Shown here one piece after another: positions 9,427 through 19,682 of a stretch of 64,000 nt of DNA (within the stretch, counting starts at the first letter, position 1; every line of letters starts with the position of its first letter). A model generated the notes under the pieces. That model did not search any database and was not told the DNA's origin. It saw only the letters and a list, made by a program, of their open reading frames with translations. Position numbers and translations under genes: made by a program. Location of the stretch: assembly GCA_963704165.1 (NCBI GenBank), contig CAVPHD010000005.1, forward strand, positions 224,001-288,000. The letters are read 5' to 3'. This DNA comes from an uncultured delta proteobacterium (GTDB taxonomy: Bacteria; Myxococcota_A; UBA9160; SZUA-336).

Positions 9427-10274
9427 ACGTCCCCATCCTCGAAGACGACGAGTTCAAGCTGCTCCGCGACCTGATCCGGACGTGGTGCGGAATCGCGCTC
9501 GAGGACTCGAAGAAGTACCTCGTCGAATCGCGGCTTCGCGATCTCGTCCGTGAGACCGAATGTCCGACCTTCGGCGACTTCTACGCGAAGGCGCGGAAGG
9601 GAGACCTCCGGCTCCGGGACCGGATCATCGACCACATGACCACGAACGAAACTTCGTGGTTTCGCGATGGGACGCTCTGGGAGACGGTGCGCAAGGTGGT
9701 CATTCCCGACGCGATCGAAACTGCGCGGGCCGAGGGCCGGCCGCACATCTCGATCTGGTCGTCGGCCTGCTCGACGGGACAGGAGCCGTACACGATCGGG
9801 ATCCTGCTTCGCGAGATGGAAGCGGCGCGCGAGCTCGGCGGCTATCGCGCAGAGAGCTTCGACATCCTCGCCACGGACATCAGCCGTGCCGCCGTCTCGA
9901 TTGCCGAGGCTGGACGCTACGACCCGATCTCGATGTCGCGCGGGCTCGCGCCTGCGTACCGCGAACGCTGGTTCGAGAAAGCCGGCCGGATCTCCTGCCT
10001 GAGCGGCGACGTGAGGAAGCTCGTGCGGTTCGAGCGCATGAACCTCCTCGACGCGTTCGGCGGGCTGGGTCCGTTCGACGTGGTGTTCATGCGCAACGTG
10101 CTGATCTACTTCTCGGGCGAGTGCAAGAACTCGATCCTGTCGAAGGCAAGCCGCTCGCTGCACGCGGGCGGTGCGGTCCTCGTCGGCGCGACCGAGACAC
10201 CCGAGTTGTACTCCGACAGTTTCGAAGTCGTCCGGCACGGCCGGTCGACGATCTACCGAGTGAAGGAAGCGTGA
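9423..10274 (+). CDS. cheR: Chemotaxis methyltransferase CheR
   Basis: TTNETSWFRD, WSSACSTGQEPY, ATDIS, RNVLIYF; ATGA overlap with cheB. Confidence 0.95.
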   Translation: MNVPILEDDEFKLLRDLIRTWCGIALEDSKKYLVESRLRDLVRETECPTFGDFYAKARKGDLRLRDRIIDHMTTNETSWFRDGTLWETVRKVVIPDAIETARAEGRPHISIWSSACSTGQEPYTIGILLREMEAARELGGYRAESFDILATDISRAAVSIAEAGRYDPISMSRGLAPAYRERWFEKAGRISCLSGDVRKLVRFERMNLLDAFGGLGPFDVVFMRNVLIYFSGECKNSILSKASRSLHAGGAVLVGATETPELYSDSFEVVRHGRSTIYRVKEA

Positions 10275-10275
10275 G

Positions 10276-10647
10276 ATGAAGGTCCTGGTCGTCGATGACT
10301 CCGCGATCATGCGAAAGGTGATCGCACAGATCCTGGAGATGCTTGGTCACGACTCCGTGCCCGCTTCGAACGGAATCGATGCGTTCGATCGTCTCAAGGA
10401 GCACGAGGATGTCCGCCTGATCCTCCTGGATTGGAACATGCCCGAGATGAACGGAATCGAGTTCCTGCGCGAGATCAAGGGCCGGCAGAAGCTCTCCGAG
10501 ATCCCGGTGATCATGCTCACCACCGAGTCGGAACGCCGGAAGATGATCGAGGCGATCGAGGCCGGGGCGAAGCACTACCTGACCAAACCCTTCCAGCCCG
10601 AGACGCTGGCGACCAAGATCCTGCAGTGCGCGGGAGGTGGCGCATGA
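10276..10647 (+). CDS. cheY: Chemotaxis response regulator CheY
   Basis: Single receiver domain: VVDDS, LLDWNMP, MLTT, KPF; inside the che operon. Confidence 0.9.
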   Translation: MKVLVVDDSAIMRKVIAQILEMLGHDSVPASNGIDAFDRLKEHEDVRLILLDWNMPEMNGIEFLREIKGRQKLSEIPVIMLTTESERRKMIEAIEAGAKHYLTKPFQPETLATKILQCAGGGA

Positions 10648-11921
10648 CGACGAGCCTGGATTCCTCGAATCGGACGTGCGCGGCGGCTGTGATCGTCGCT
10701 CTGGCCGCGGTCCTCGGGCTTGCCGGGCTCGGCCACGTCTGGAGTTCGGCCCTCGTCGCCTGCTTCGCGCTCGCGGCACTCTGGACCTTCACGACGCTGG
10801 TCCTCCTGCCGCCGCTCGTCCGCGCGGCCGAGGAGCGAGACGCGCGGATCGCGGAGCTCGAGTCCAACGCTTCCGAGATCGGGCTCGCCGTCGATACGCT
10901 CTCGAAGCTCGCGGCTTCGCTCGCGCCGTCGACCGAGACGCTGGACCACGCCACGGCCACCCTGCTTCGCGACACCGAGGAGATGAGCGAGGCCAGCGAG
11001 ACGACGATTGCCGCGATCTCGGCGGTCGCGGCCGCCGTCGAGGAGTCGAGCGTGAACGTGCGCGACGTCGCGAACGGCGCGGGTTCGGTCTCGCAGCACA
11101 TGAGCGCCGCCGTTTCCGCCAGCGACATCTTCAACGACTCGATTCGATCCGTGAATGCGGCCGTGGAGGAGATGAGCGCATCGCTGCACGACGTCTCGGT
11201 GAGCTGTCAGCACTCCGCCGACGTCGCGGCCCAGGCAGCAACGCTCGCCGACGAGACCAATCAGACCGTGGCCGTCCTCGGCACCGCGGCTCGCGAGATC
11301 GGTCGCGTCGTCGACGTGATCAACGACATCGCCGACCAGACGAATCTGCTGGCGCTCAACGCCACGATCGAAGCCGCGAGCGCGGGTGACGCCGGACGCG
11401 GTTTCGCGGTCGTCGCGAACGAGGTGAAGGAGCTCGCGCGCCAGACGGGCGCCGCCACCGACGAGATCGTGAGCAAGGTCGATGGAATTCGCCGGACCAC
11501 CGAGGCCGCGGTCGCGTCGATCGAGAAGATCGGAGGGATCATCCAGTCCATGCGCGAGGCGACCCAGACGATCGCGACCGCGGTCGAAGAGCAGACCGCG
11601 ACGAGCAGCGAGATCTCGTCGAGCGTCAACACCGCGGCCGGTCGCGCCGAGGACATCTTCGGCTCCGTCCAGCGTGCGGCCTCCACGACCCAGAACGTGG
11701 CTCGAACGACCGACGAACTCTCGTCGGGCACGAACGAGATCGCGATGAACGCCGCCCAGGCCTCGGGTGGCGCGGGCGCGCTGCGCCGCAAGGTCGAATC
11801 CGTGCGGGCGACCGCGCAGAAGACGCGCGAGCTCGGGACCGAGACGCTCACCGCGATCCACGAGATCAACGACCAGAGCGATCGGATTCGCGCGCTGCTC
11901 TCGAAGTCTCGGCGCCGCTAG
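10644..11921 (+). CDS. Methyl-accepting chemotaxis protein with two N-terminal TM helices and no sizeable periplasmic sensor
   Basis: [37 protein letters not shown] hairpin tip; ATGA overlap with cheY. Confidence 0.93.
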   Translation: MTTSLDSSNRTCAAAVIVALAAVLGLAGLGHVWSSALVACFALAALWTFTTLVLLPPLVRAAEERDARIAELESNASEIGLAVDTLSKLAASLAPSTETLDHATATLLRDTEEMSEASETTIAAISAVAAAVEESSVNVRDVANGAGSVSQHMSAAVSASDIFNDSIRSVNAAVEEMSASLHDVSVSCQHSADVAAQAATLADETNQTVAVLGTAAREIGRVVDVINDIADQTNLLALNATIEAASAGDAGRGFAVVANEVKELARQTGAATDEIVSKVDGIRRTTEAAVASIEKIGGIIQSMREATQTIATAVEEQTATSSEISSSVNTAAGRAEDIFGSVQRAASTTQNVARTTDELSSGTNEIAMNAAQASGGAGALRRKVESVRATAQKTRELGTETLTAIHEINDQSDRIRALLSKSRRR

Positions 11922-11941
11922 CGGATAATCCCGGCGTGGAC

Positions 11942-12229
11942 ATGCGGGGGCGCATCGAGGCGCGGCTTCGGGAGGCGTTCGCGCCTCTCGTGCTCGAGGT
12001 TCGAGACGACAGCGCCCGCCATCGCGGACATGCCGGCGCTCGCTCCGGGGCGGGGCACTACCGCGTCGTCCTGGTCTCGGATCGCTTTCGCGGCGTTCCC
12101 CGCCTGGCTCGTCACCGGATGGTGTACGAGACTCTCTCCGATGGCCTCCGGCGGGAGATCCACGCACTCGAGCTCTACGTGCGGAGCCCGGACGAGCCGA
12201 TGGACGAATCCCAGAGAGAGAGCGGATGA
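11942..12229 (+). CDS. bolA: BolA family protein
   Basis: [38 protein letters not shown]. Confidence 0.9.
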   Translation: MRGRIEARLREAFAPLVLEVRDDSARHRGHAGARSGAGHYRVVLVSDRFRGVPRLARHRMVYETLSDGLRREIHALELYVRSPDEPMDESQRESG

Positions 12230-13836
12230 CCCCGGAGTGGAAGGCGCTCGAGACCCACTACGCGCGGATCGAGCCGGCGCATCTGCGTGATCTCTTCGCG
12301 GGCGACCCCCGCCGCGGCGAACGGTTCCGTGCCGAGGCGTGCGGGATCCATCTCGACTACTCGAAGAACCGGATCGACGACGAGACGATCTCGCTTCTGA
12401 TCCGTCTGGCCGAAGCCTGCGGTCTGCGGTCGCGAATCGACGCGATGTTCCGCGGCGAGAAGATCAACGTTTCGGAGAACCGCGCCGTCCTCCACGTGGC
12501 GTTGCGGGCGCCGAAGTCGGCCCGGATCGTCGTCGACGGTGTGGACGTGGTGTCATCCGTTCACGCGGTGCTCGACCGGATGGCGGCATTCGCCGCACGC
12601 GTCCGCGCGGGCGAGTGGAAGGGACACACGGGCCGGCGCATTCGCAACGTGGTCAACATCGGGATCGGCGGCTCGGATCTCGGACCGGCGATGGCCTACG
12701 AGGCGCTGCGAAGCCACAGCCTTCGTGAGCTCTCCTTCCGCTTCGTCTCCAACATCGACGGGAGCGATTTCGCGGAATCCGTTCGCGATCTCGATCCGGC
12801 GGAGACGCTGTTCATCGTCGCCTCGAAGACCTTCACGACCCTCGAGACGATGACCAACGCGCGCAGTGCGCGGCTGTGGTTGCTGGCTGCACGGGGCTTC
12901 GATGCGACCTCGATCGCGAAGCACTTCGTCGCGGTCTCCGCGAACCGACGGGAAGTCGCCGGCTTCGGAATCGACCCCGCGAACATGTTCGAGTTCTGGG
13001 ACTGGGTCGGAGGACGGTACTCGCTCGGCTCCGCGGTCGGGCTCTCGACGATGCTCGCGATCGGACCGGAGAACTTCCGCGCAATGCTGCGCGGATTCCA
13101 CGAGATGGACGAGCACTTCCGGACCGCGGCCTTCGAGCGCAACCTACCGGTGCTGATGGGCCTGCTCTCGGTCTGGCACGTGAACTTCTTCGGGTCCGAA
13201 ACCGCGGCGGTCCTGCCCTACGCGCAGAACCTGCGGCGCTTTCCCGCGTATCTTCAACAGCTCTCGATGGAGAGCAACGGGAAGCGCGTGGAGGTCGATG
13301 GGAGCGAGGTCGGCCATGCCACCGCGCCGGTCTGGTTCGGTGAACCCGGAACCAACGGCCAGCACTCCTTCCATCAGCTCCTCCATCAGGGGACTCCGCT
13401 GATTCCCTGCGACTTCATCGTCTTCGCGAAGACAGAGCACCCGCTCGGCCGACACCACGACATGCTCGTCGCAAATGCGCTCGCGCAGTCCGAGGCGCTG
13501 GCGTTCGGCAAGACACTCGCGCAGGTCCTCGCCGAAGGGACACCCGAGTCACTCGCGCCCCATCGCGTGTTCGAGGGAAATCGGCCCTCCAACACGATCC
13601 TCGCAGAGCAGCTCTCGCCCGAGACGCTGGGCAAGCTGATCGCGCTCTACGAGCACAGCGTCTTCACGCAGGGCGCGATCTGGAACATCGACTCGTTCGA
13701 CCAGTGGGGCGTCGAGCTGGGCAAGGCGCTGGCCGAATTCATCCTCCCGGAACTCGAGAGCGGGGTCGAGCCGGTGCTCGAGCACGACAGCTCGACCAAC
13801 GCGCTGGTTCGCCTCTACCGGAAGCTTCGCGGCTAG
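12226..13836 (+). CDS. pgi: Glucose-6-phosphate isomerase
   Basis: [46 protein letters not shown]. Confidence 0.97.
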   Translation: MTPEWKALETHYARIEPAHLRDLFAGDPRRGERFRAEACGIHLDYSKNRIDDETISLLIRLAEACGLRSRIDAMFRGEKINVSENRAVLHVALRAPKSARIVVDGVDVVSSVHAVLDRMAAFAARVRAGEWKGHTGRRIRNVVNIGIGGSDLGPAMAYEALRSHSLRELSFRFVSNIDGSDFAESVRDLDPAETLFIVASKTFTTLETMTNARSARLWLLAARGFDATSIAKHFVAVSANRREVAGFGIDPANMFEFWDWVGGRYSLGSAVGLSTMLAIGPENFRAMLRGFHEMDEHFRTAAFERNLPVLMGLLSVWHVNFFGSETAAVLPYAQNLRRFPAYLQQLSMESNGKRVEVDGSEVGHATAPVWFGEPGTNGQHSFHQLLHQGTPLIPCDFIVFAKTEHPLGRHHDMLVANALAQSEALAFGKTLAQVLAEGTPESLAPHRVFEGNRPSNTILAEQLSPETLGKLIALYEHSVFTQGAIWNIDSFDQWGVELGKALAEFILPELESGVEPVLEHDSSTNALVRLYRKLRG

Positions 13837-14657
13837 TTCGTTGCGGGAAGCTCGACGCGGAAGACCGTCCCCGGACCGGCACCCCGCACGAGTTCGAGCG
13901 CACCGCCGTGCTCTTCCGCGATTCTCCGGCTGATGTAGAGCCCGAGGCCGGTGCCCGCTCCCGATGCCTTGGTCGTGAAGAATGGCGCGAAGATCTTCTC
14001 CTCGAGCTCGCCGGAGATGCCGGGGCCGGTGTCTTCGATCTCGATTCGGACTCCGTCGGGAAGGTCGCGCGTGCGCACCGCGATCCGATGCGACCGGCCG
14101 GGCAGGGCGGCGCAGGCGTCGATCGAGTTCTGGAGCAGGTTGAGGAAGACCTGGCCGAGCCGCGTCCGGTCGCCTTCGATCGCACGCGTCGCCTGGAGAT
14201 CGCGCACCAGCTCGGCTCGCGCGGAGAGCGAGCGGGAGACGAGCCGCAGCGTCTGGTCGAGCACGTCGGAGATCGAAAGGGTCGAAATCACGCGCTCGCC
14301 GCTGCGAGAGAGCGAGAGCAGGTCGCGTACGAGGTCGCGGATCCGCTGCGCGCCTTCGGTCGCGTCAGCGAGCAGTTCCGCGGCCAGATCGAGCCCTCCG
14401 CACTCGTCGAGCTTCCACTCGAGGTCCGAGATCCGGGACTCCGCGTTCGCGAGGCCGGAGCCCCGGATCGCGTCGCGATAGCCATCGAGGGTCTCTTTGA
14501 TCGCCGCGCAGGAACGCGCCAGCTCGCCGAGATTCGCGAGGACGTACGTGATCGGGTTGTTGATCTCGTGCGCCACGCCCGCCACGAGCGCCGCGGTCTC
14601 GCCCGAGCTTCGTACGTCGCTACTCCGAACCGGCATCTCTCGATACATCGGACGCAT
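13833..14657 (-). CDS. Sensor-type histidine kinase (HisKA plus HATPase, no evident input domain)
   Basis: [37 protein letters not shown]; start uncertain (ATG 14657, 14648 or 14636). Confidence 0.85.
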   Translation of the reverse strand: MRPMYREMPVRSSDVRSSGETAALVAGVAHEINNPITYVLANLGELARSCAAIKETLDGYRDAIRGSGLANAESRISDLEWKLDECGGLDLAAELLADATEGAQRIRDLVRDLLSLSRSGERVISTLSISDVLDQTLRLVSRSLSARAELVRDLQATRAIEGDRTRLGQVFLNLLQNSIDACAALPGRSHRIAVRTRDLPDGVRIEIEDTGPGISGELEEKIFAPFFTTKASGAGTGLGLYISRRIAEEHGGALELVRGAGPGTVFRVELPATN

Positions 14658-14712
14658 CGGGGCGGCACTTTCGGGCTCGACGCGGGCGCAGCCGCGAGCC
14701 AAGCTTCCCGAC

Positions 14713-15966
14713 GTGGACGGAGCGCCCCTCGCGCGCGCGATTCTGCACGCGGACATGGACGCGTTCTTCGCGGCCATCGAGCAACGCGACGATCCGCGCC
14801 TGCGCGGCCGGCCCGTCGTCGTCGGCGGAGCGACGGCGCGAGGCGTCGTGGCGGCCGCGAGCTACGAGGCGCGCCTCTTCGGCATTCACTCCGCGATGCC
14901 TTCGGCACAGGCGCGCAAGCTCTGTCCACACGCCGTCTTCGTCCGCGGACGCATGCCGGTGTACCGTCGGGAGAGCCGCAGGATCTTCGAGATCTTTCGC
15001 AGGTTCACGCCCTCGGTCGAGGGGATCTCGCTCGACGAGGCGTTCCTCGATCTGACGGGAACCGAGCAGCTCTTCGGCCCACCCGAGCGAACCGCCGTGC
15101 GCCTTCGCGCCGAGGTCCGAAGCGAGACCGGCCTCGCCGTCTCGGCCGGGCTCGCGCAGGTGAAGCTCGTCGCGAAGATCGCGAGCGATCTCGCCAAGCC
15201 CGATGGTCTCTTGATCGTTCGCCCCGGGGAGGAGCGAGCCTTCCTCGAGAAGCTCCCGGTCGGACGCATCTGGGGCGTCGGGCCGGTCACGCGCGCGCGA
15301 CTCGAGCGGGTCGGGATCCGCACGATCGGCCAGCTCGCGGCTCGGCCGGATGCGGAGCTCCTCGCCCTGCTCGGCAGCTTCGGTCCCGCGGCCGCGCGAC
15401 TCGCGCGCGGAGAGGACGCGCGCGAGGTCGAGACGTATCGCGAGGCGAAGTCCTACTCGGAGGAGAGCACGTTCGAATCCGACATCGCGTCCCGTGTCGC
15501 GCTCGAGCGGGCGATTCGTGCCCACGCAGAGGCCGTCGCGCGACGGCTTCGGAACGACGGTCTGCGCGCGCGCGGCGTCGCGCTCAAGCTGAAGCTCGCC
15601 CGTCCCCTCGGCGGTGGCCGCTTTCCGATCCTCGCGCGCTCGTGCACGCTCGAGCGCGCGAGCGACGACGGTGCCGATCTCGCGGCCGCGGGCTGCGCGC
15701 TGCTCGCGCGAGCCGGGCTGACGGAGCCGGTGCGACTGCTCGGGCTCGCGGCGGAACGGCTCCTGGCCGAAGCACCGGAGCAGCTCTCGCTTCTCGACGA
15801 GACCGCCGAGTCCCGCGCGCGGCGCACGAGGCTGAATCGCACGCTCGACGCGATCCGCGAGCGGTTCGGTCCGACCGCGCTCGATCGGGCCGAGGGTGGA
15901 GTCGAGCGCGACGGTCTCTCGTTCCAGATCAAGAGAGGCGAGGACCCGGACGAACGCGTCGAGTGA
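14713..15966 (+). CDS. dinB: DNA polymerase IV (Y family)
   Basis: ILHADMDAFFA, AASYEAR, SLDEAFLD, AKIASDLAKPDG, WGVGP; GTG start inferred. Confidence 0.93.
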   Translation: MDGAPLARAILHADMDAFFAAIEQRDDPRLRGRPVVVGGATARGVVAAASYEARLFGIHSAMPSAQARKLCPHAVFVRGRMPVYRRESRRIFEIFRRFTPSVEGISLDEAFLDLTGTEQLFGPPERTAVRLRAEVRSETGLAVSAGLAQVKLVAKIASDLAKPDGLLIVRPGEERAFLEKLPVGRIWGVGPVTRARLERVGIRTIGQLAARPDAELLALLGSFGPAAARLARGEDAREVETYREAKSYSEESTFESDIASRVALERAIRAHAEAVARRLRNDGLRARGVALKLKLARPLGGGRFPILARSCTLERASDDGADLAAAGCALLARAGLTEPVRLLGLAAERLLAEAPEQLSLLDETAESRARRTRLNRTLDAIRERFGPTALDRAEGGVERDGLSFQIKRGEDPDERVE

Positions 15967-15979
15967 TATCCTCGCACTC

Positions 15980-17179
15980 ATGCTGGACCCACGACACGTC
16001 GCCCCTACACCGGAATCCGTTGGCCTCGACTCGGCCCTGGTCGAAGCCCTCTTCGCGCGGGCCGCCAAGGAAGTCGATCTGGGCCTGCTTCCCTCCGCGC
16101 AGATCGCCATCGCCCGAAACGGCAAGGTCGCGGCGATGCGCACGTTCGGCACCGCGCGCCACGAGGGTGTGGATTCGCCCGCGACGAACGAGACGCTGTA
16201 CTGCGTGTTCTCGTCGACGAAGGCGATCACGTCGGCGGCGGCATGGCTCCTGATCCAGGAAGGATTGCTCGACATCCGCGCGCGCGTTGCCGATCTCGTT
16301 CCCGAGTTCGCGCAGAACGGAAAGCACGAGGTCACGGTCGAGCAGCTCTTCACGCATACCGCCGGTTTTCCGCAGGCCCCGTTCATTCCGAGTCACTTTC
16401 TCGACCGCGAGAAACGGCTCGCGCGCTTCGCGAGCTGGAAGCTGAATACGAAGCCGGGCGAGCGTTTCGAGTACCACCCATCGTCGTCGATGTACGTGAT
16501 CGCGGAGCTGATCGAGCGGATCTCGGGCAAGAGCTACGGCGCCTTCGTGCGCGAGCGGATTGCCGAACCGCTCGGACTCGACGACCTCTGGGTCGGGCTT
16601 CCGACGGCCCTGCACGGCCGGCTCGCCGACTGCGTTCACGTCGGCGAGGCGCTCACCGACGAGGATTACCGCAAGCTCGGCATGCCGAAGCCGCCCGTCA
16701 CCGAGGTGACCGAGGACGCGATCTCGGCCTTCAACCGCGCAGACTTCCGCATCGCGGGAATTCCCGGTGGCGGCGGCACGATGACCGCCGCGGATCTCGC
16801 GCTCTTCTACCAGGCGCTGCTCGACGGTGGACGCGCGATGGCGGGGTGCGAGCTCTGGAAGCCCGAGATGCTCGTGCGCGCGAAGGAGATCCGTTCGGGG
16901 TCGCTCCGCGATCTGCTCTTCGGGAAGGCCGCGAATCGCTCGCTCGGCCTGATCATCGCCGGCGACGACGAACGGACGTATCGCGGATTCGGCCACACCA
17001 ACTCGGAGCTCGCGTTCGGTCACGGCGGCGCGGGCGGCCAGATCGGCTGGGCCGATCCGAGCACAGGCATCTCGATCGGCTACTGCACCAACGGCCACGA
17101 CCGCAACACGATCCGCCAGGCGCGCCGCGGCGTGGGGATCTCGAGCCGCGCGGCCAGCTGCGCACGCCACGCGAGTTGA
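15980..17179 (+). CDS. Serine hydrolase, beta-lactamase/esterase family
   Basis: FSSTK (SxxK), FTHTAG, PGERFEYH, FGHGGAGG. Confidence 0.88.
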   Translation: MLDPRHVAPTPESVGLDSALVEALFARAAKEVDLGLLPSAQIAIARNGKVAAMRTFGTARHEGVDSPATNETLYCVFSSTKAITSAAAWLLIQEGLLDIRARVADLVPEFAQNGKHEVTVEQLFTHTAGFPQAPFIPSHFLDREKRLARFASWKLNTKPGERFEYHPSSSMYVIAELIERISGKSYGAFVRERIAEPLGLDDLWVGLPTALHGRLADCVHVGEALTDEDYRKLGMPKPPVTEVTEDAISAFNRADFRIAGIPGGGGTMTAADLALFYQALLDGGRAMAGCELWKPEMLVRAKEIRSGSLRDLLFGKAANRSLGLIIAGDDERTYRGFGHTNSELAFGHGGAGGQIGWADPSTGISIGYCTNGHDRNTIRQARRGVGISSRAASCARHAS

Positions 17180-18405
17180 AGAAGAGCGAGTTCTTCCGCC
17201 GCGCGCGCACGGACCTTCCCGGTCCACTCGCGGGCTTGAGCGTTCTCGAGGCGACGACGACATGGGCCGGGCCGATGTGCGCATGCGTGCTCGCCGACTT
17301 CGGCGCCGATGTGATCAAGGTCGAGCTTCCGGGGGGTGAGGTCGCGAGACGGCTTCCGCCGACGCTGCCGGACGGCGAGCCGCCGCTCTCGTTCATGCAC
17401 GTGACCGCGAATCGAAACAAGCGCAGCCTGACACTCGATCTGCGCCGACCCGAGGGACGCGACGTCTTCCTCGCGTTGGCTGCGCGTGCGGACGTGGTGG
17501 TCGAGAACTTCCGCCCCGGAACGATGGCTGGATGGGGACTCGGCTACGAGCACGTGCGGACGGTTCGACCCGATACGGTGTACGTCTCGATCAGCGGATA
17601 CGGGCAGTTCGGTCGCGACAGCGAGCGCGCCGGGTACGACCCGATGGCGCAGGCCTCGAGTGGCTGGCTGTCGTTGAATGGCGAGCCGGACGGAGCGCCG
17701 GTGAAGGCACCGACCTTCATCGGCGACGACCTCGCGGGTCTGCACGGCGCGCTCGCGGCGATGGCCGCCCTTCGTCACCGTGATCGCACCGGTGAAGGAC
17801 AACACTGCGATGTGGCGTTGCAGGACGCGCTCCTCTTCCAGTCGAATGGCTACCCGATGCTCGCCGCGCTCGGCGTGCCGCTCCCGCGCATGGGCAGTCA
17901 GTTCGTAGTCGCGGCACCGGCGGGCGTGTACGCGTGCAGCGACGGATTCGTCATGCTCGGAGTCCTGCTCGATGCGCACTGGAGGACTCTCGCGGGCTTG
18001 CTCGGTCATCCCGAGCTGGCGACGCACGCCGACTACGCCACCACCATGGGCCGAGTCGCGCACCGCGCCGAGTTGAACGCCCTGGTCTCGGAGTGGGTCG
18101 CGGAGCTTCCGGTCGCGGACGTCGTTGCTCGCCTCGAGGTCGAGGGCCTTCCCGCATCACCCGTGCGCAGCTTCGCCGAGTCCGCAAGCGATCCGCACGT
18201 GCTCGAGCGCGACATGCTGCAGACGGTCGTGCTCGAGAACGGCCGACCGGCGCCCGTCGTCGGGCCGGCGACCAAGTTCTCTCGAACGCCGGTGCGCGTG
18301 CGTTCGGCTGCGCCGGCACTCGGAGCACACAACGACGAGATCCTGGCCGAGATCGGACTCGACGAGGCCGCGCGCGCGCGACTTCGCGACGACGGGATCG
18401 TCTAG
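17176..18405 (+). CDS. CaiB/BaiF family (class III) CoA transferase
   Basis: GPLAGLSVLE, ADFGADVIKVE, NRNKRS, ENFRPG, ISGYGQ, GYD; TTGA overlap with the upstream stop. Confidence 0.9.
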   Translation: MKKSEFFRRARTDLPGPLAGLSVLEATTTWAGPMCACVLADFGADVIKVELPGGEVARRLPPTLPDGEPPLSFMHVTANRNKRSLTLDLRRPEGRDVFLALAARADVVVENFRPGTMAGWGLGYEHVRTVRPDTVYVSISGYGQFGRDSERAGYDPMAQASSGWLSLNGEPDGAPVKAPTFIGDDLAGLHGALAAMAALRHRDRTGEGQHCDVALQDALLFQSNGYPMLAALGVPLPRMGSQFVVAAPAGVYACSDGFVMLGVLLDAHWRTLAGLLGHPELATHADYATTMGRVAHRAELNALVSEWVAELPVADVVARLEVEGLPASPVRSFAESASDPHVLERDMLQTVVLENGRPAPVVGPATKFSRTPVRVRSAAPALGAHNDEILAEIGLDEAARARLRDDGIV

Positions 18406-19199
18406 TCCCGCGCTCTCGTTCGGGTGAGGACGAGAGCCAACGCGGCGACACCAATCAGCGTCGTGGCCGGAGCCTCCGGCACGGCGACGATGGCGTCGAT
18501 CTCCGAGGCGTACGTGTCGTCCGCGGGCTGCCAGATCCGCACGTACTCGATCCAGGGCAGGTCGAAGTCCGCGAGGTCGATCCCGACGCCGCCGCCGGCA
18601 CCGGCGTACAGCGCCGCGATCTGCGCGGTGTCGAGCCCGACGAAGTCGGAGGCGTCGAGCGACGGATCGACCGGAAGCGTGAAGCGGGTCGGAATCGTTC
18701 CTCCCGCCGAGAACGGCCCCGTCGGGTCGCGATACGCGAGCGTCGGGAAGAGTGTGTCCGCGAAGATCCCGATGGCGTCGATCCAGAAGACGCCATCCTG
18801 ACTGAGCGAGATCCGCGCCGGCTCGCCGAAGACCACGCCGTCGGCGAGCCCGGTCTCGAAATCGATGCCGAGGAACGCGTTTCCGTAGATCAAGAGATCG
18901 ATCCCGAACGGATTTGCGGGATCGTCCTCGACGAGTCGGTCGAAGCGAACGATCAATTCGCCGCCGGCTCCGATCGCGACGACCTGCTCCGGGAGATAAG
19001 CTGCGTTGAACGGCGTGACGTCGCCGTCGTAGGGACCGTTCCCCGTCGAGCGCGCGGGCGCGCCGAGGGAGCTGAGCGGATCGTCCCACCCGAAGGGCAC
19101 GTTGCTGCCGGGCGTGTAGCTGACGACCTGCGTCGCGAACGACGAGGCGAACGCGGGATGCGCCAGTACGCAGAGCAATGAGAGGACGAGCATTCGCAT
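18402..19199 (-). CDS. Cobalamin-riboswitch-controlled PEP-CTERM-type surface protein, putative B12-binding
   Basis: Signal peptide MRMLVLSLLCVLAHPAFA; C-terminal VPEA, TM helix and basic tail (TRTRARD); AAAGGA RBS; lies downstream of the riboswitch. Confidence 0.8.
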   Translation of the reverse strand: MRMLVLSLLCVLAHPAFASSFATQVVSYTPGSNVPFGWDDPLSSLGAPARSTGNGPYDGDVTPFNAAYLPEQVVAIGAGGELIVRFDRLVEDDPANPFGIDLLIYGNAFLGIDFETGLADGVVFGEPARISLSQDGVFWIDAIGIFADTLFPTLAYRDPTGPFSAGGTIPTRFTLPVDPSLDASDFVGLDTAQIAALYAGAGGGVGIDLADFDLPWIEYVRIWQPADDTYASEIDAIVAVPEAPATTLIGVAALALVLTRTRARD

Positions 19200-19238
19200 G
19201 TGGATTCCTTTCTCGCGGCCGGAGAAGTTCATACCCAC

Positions 19239-19388
19239 GTGGAAGGCCGGTCTTCTGGCTCCCGGATCACTCTCACGCCGCGCCTTCCCAGGATCTCGCG
19301 ATCCCAGTGGCTTGCTCATGCGGCGCTCGTCCCCGGATACAGCGACGGGCTCGCGCCGGATTCCCACCGGCTTCCCGACACCTTCCAC
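19239..19388 (-). ncRNA. Cobalamin riboswitch (left-facing)
   Basis: Minus strand: GGGAAgccGGTGggAATCCGGC...CCC...CTGTA...GCCACTGGG...GGGAAGG...GAGCCAGAAGACCGGCC; closing pairing GTGGAAGG/CCTTCCAC. Confidence 0.9.
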
Positions 19389-19427
19389 GACTCTTGTCGG
19401 GCGAGTACTACGCCGTCGTCGACGGCG

Positions 19428-19450
19428 GGTCAAGCGTGTCGCGGTTGACA
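19428..19450. promoter_or_regulatory. Back-to-back sigma-70-like -35 hexamers for the divergent riboswitch leaders
   Basis: TTGACA (+, 19445-19450) and TTGACC (-, 19433-19428); the matching -10 elements are weak (GATAAC, TAGTAC). Confidence 0.45.
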
Positions 19451-19481
19451 CGCGAGCGCGGCGGGTGATAACGATTCGCCC

Positions 19482-19640
19482 ACTCGGTGTCCGCGATGCG
19501 GACCAATGAGGGAAGGCCGTGAGAATCGGCCGCGGTCCCGCCACTGTGATGGGGAAGTCAGACCGAACGAAGCCACTGGGGAATGCCCTGGGAAGGCTCG
19601 GATCCGACGCTCGACCCCTGAGCCAGGAGACCTGCCGAGT
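19482..19640 (+). ncRNA. Cobalamin riboswitch (right-facing)
   Basis: AGGGAAggccGTGAgAATcggcc...CCCGCCACTGTGA...GCCACTGGG...GGGAAGG...GAGCCAGGAGACCTGCC; closing pairing ACTCGG/CCGAGT. Confidence 0.92.
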
Positions 19641-19682
19641 TTTCGGGACGATCGTCCCGCTCTCCGCGGAGGGAGTCACTCG

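Noticed and set aside
15980..17179. Beta-lactam resistance gene
   Set aside because: Looks like a cytoplasmic family VIII esterase-type serine hydrolase coupled to a CoA transferase; no signal peptide
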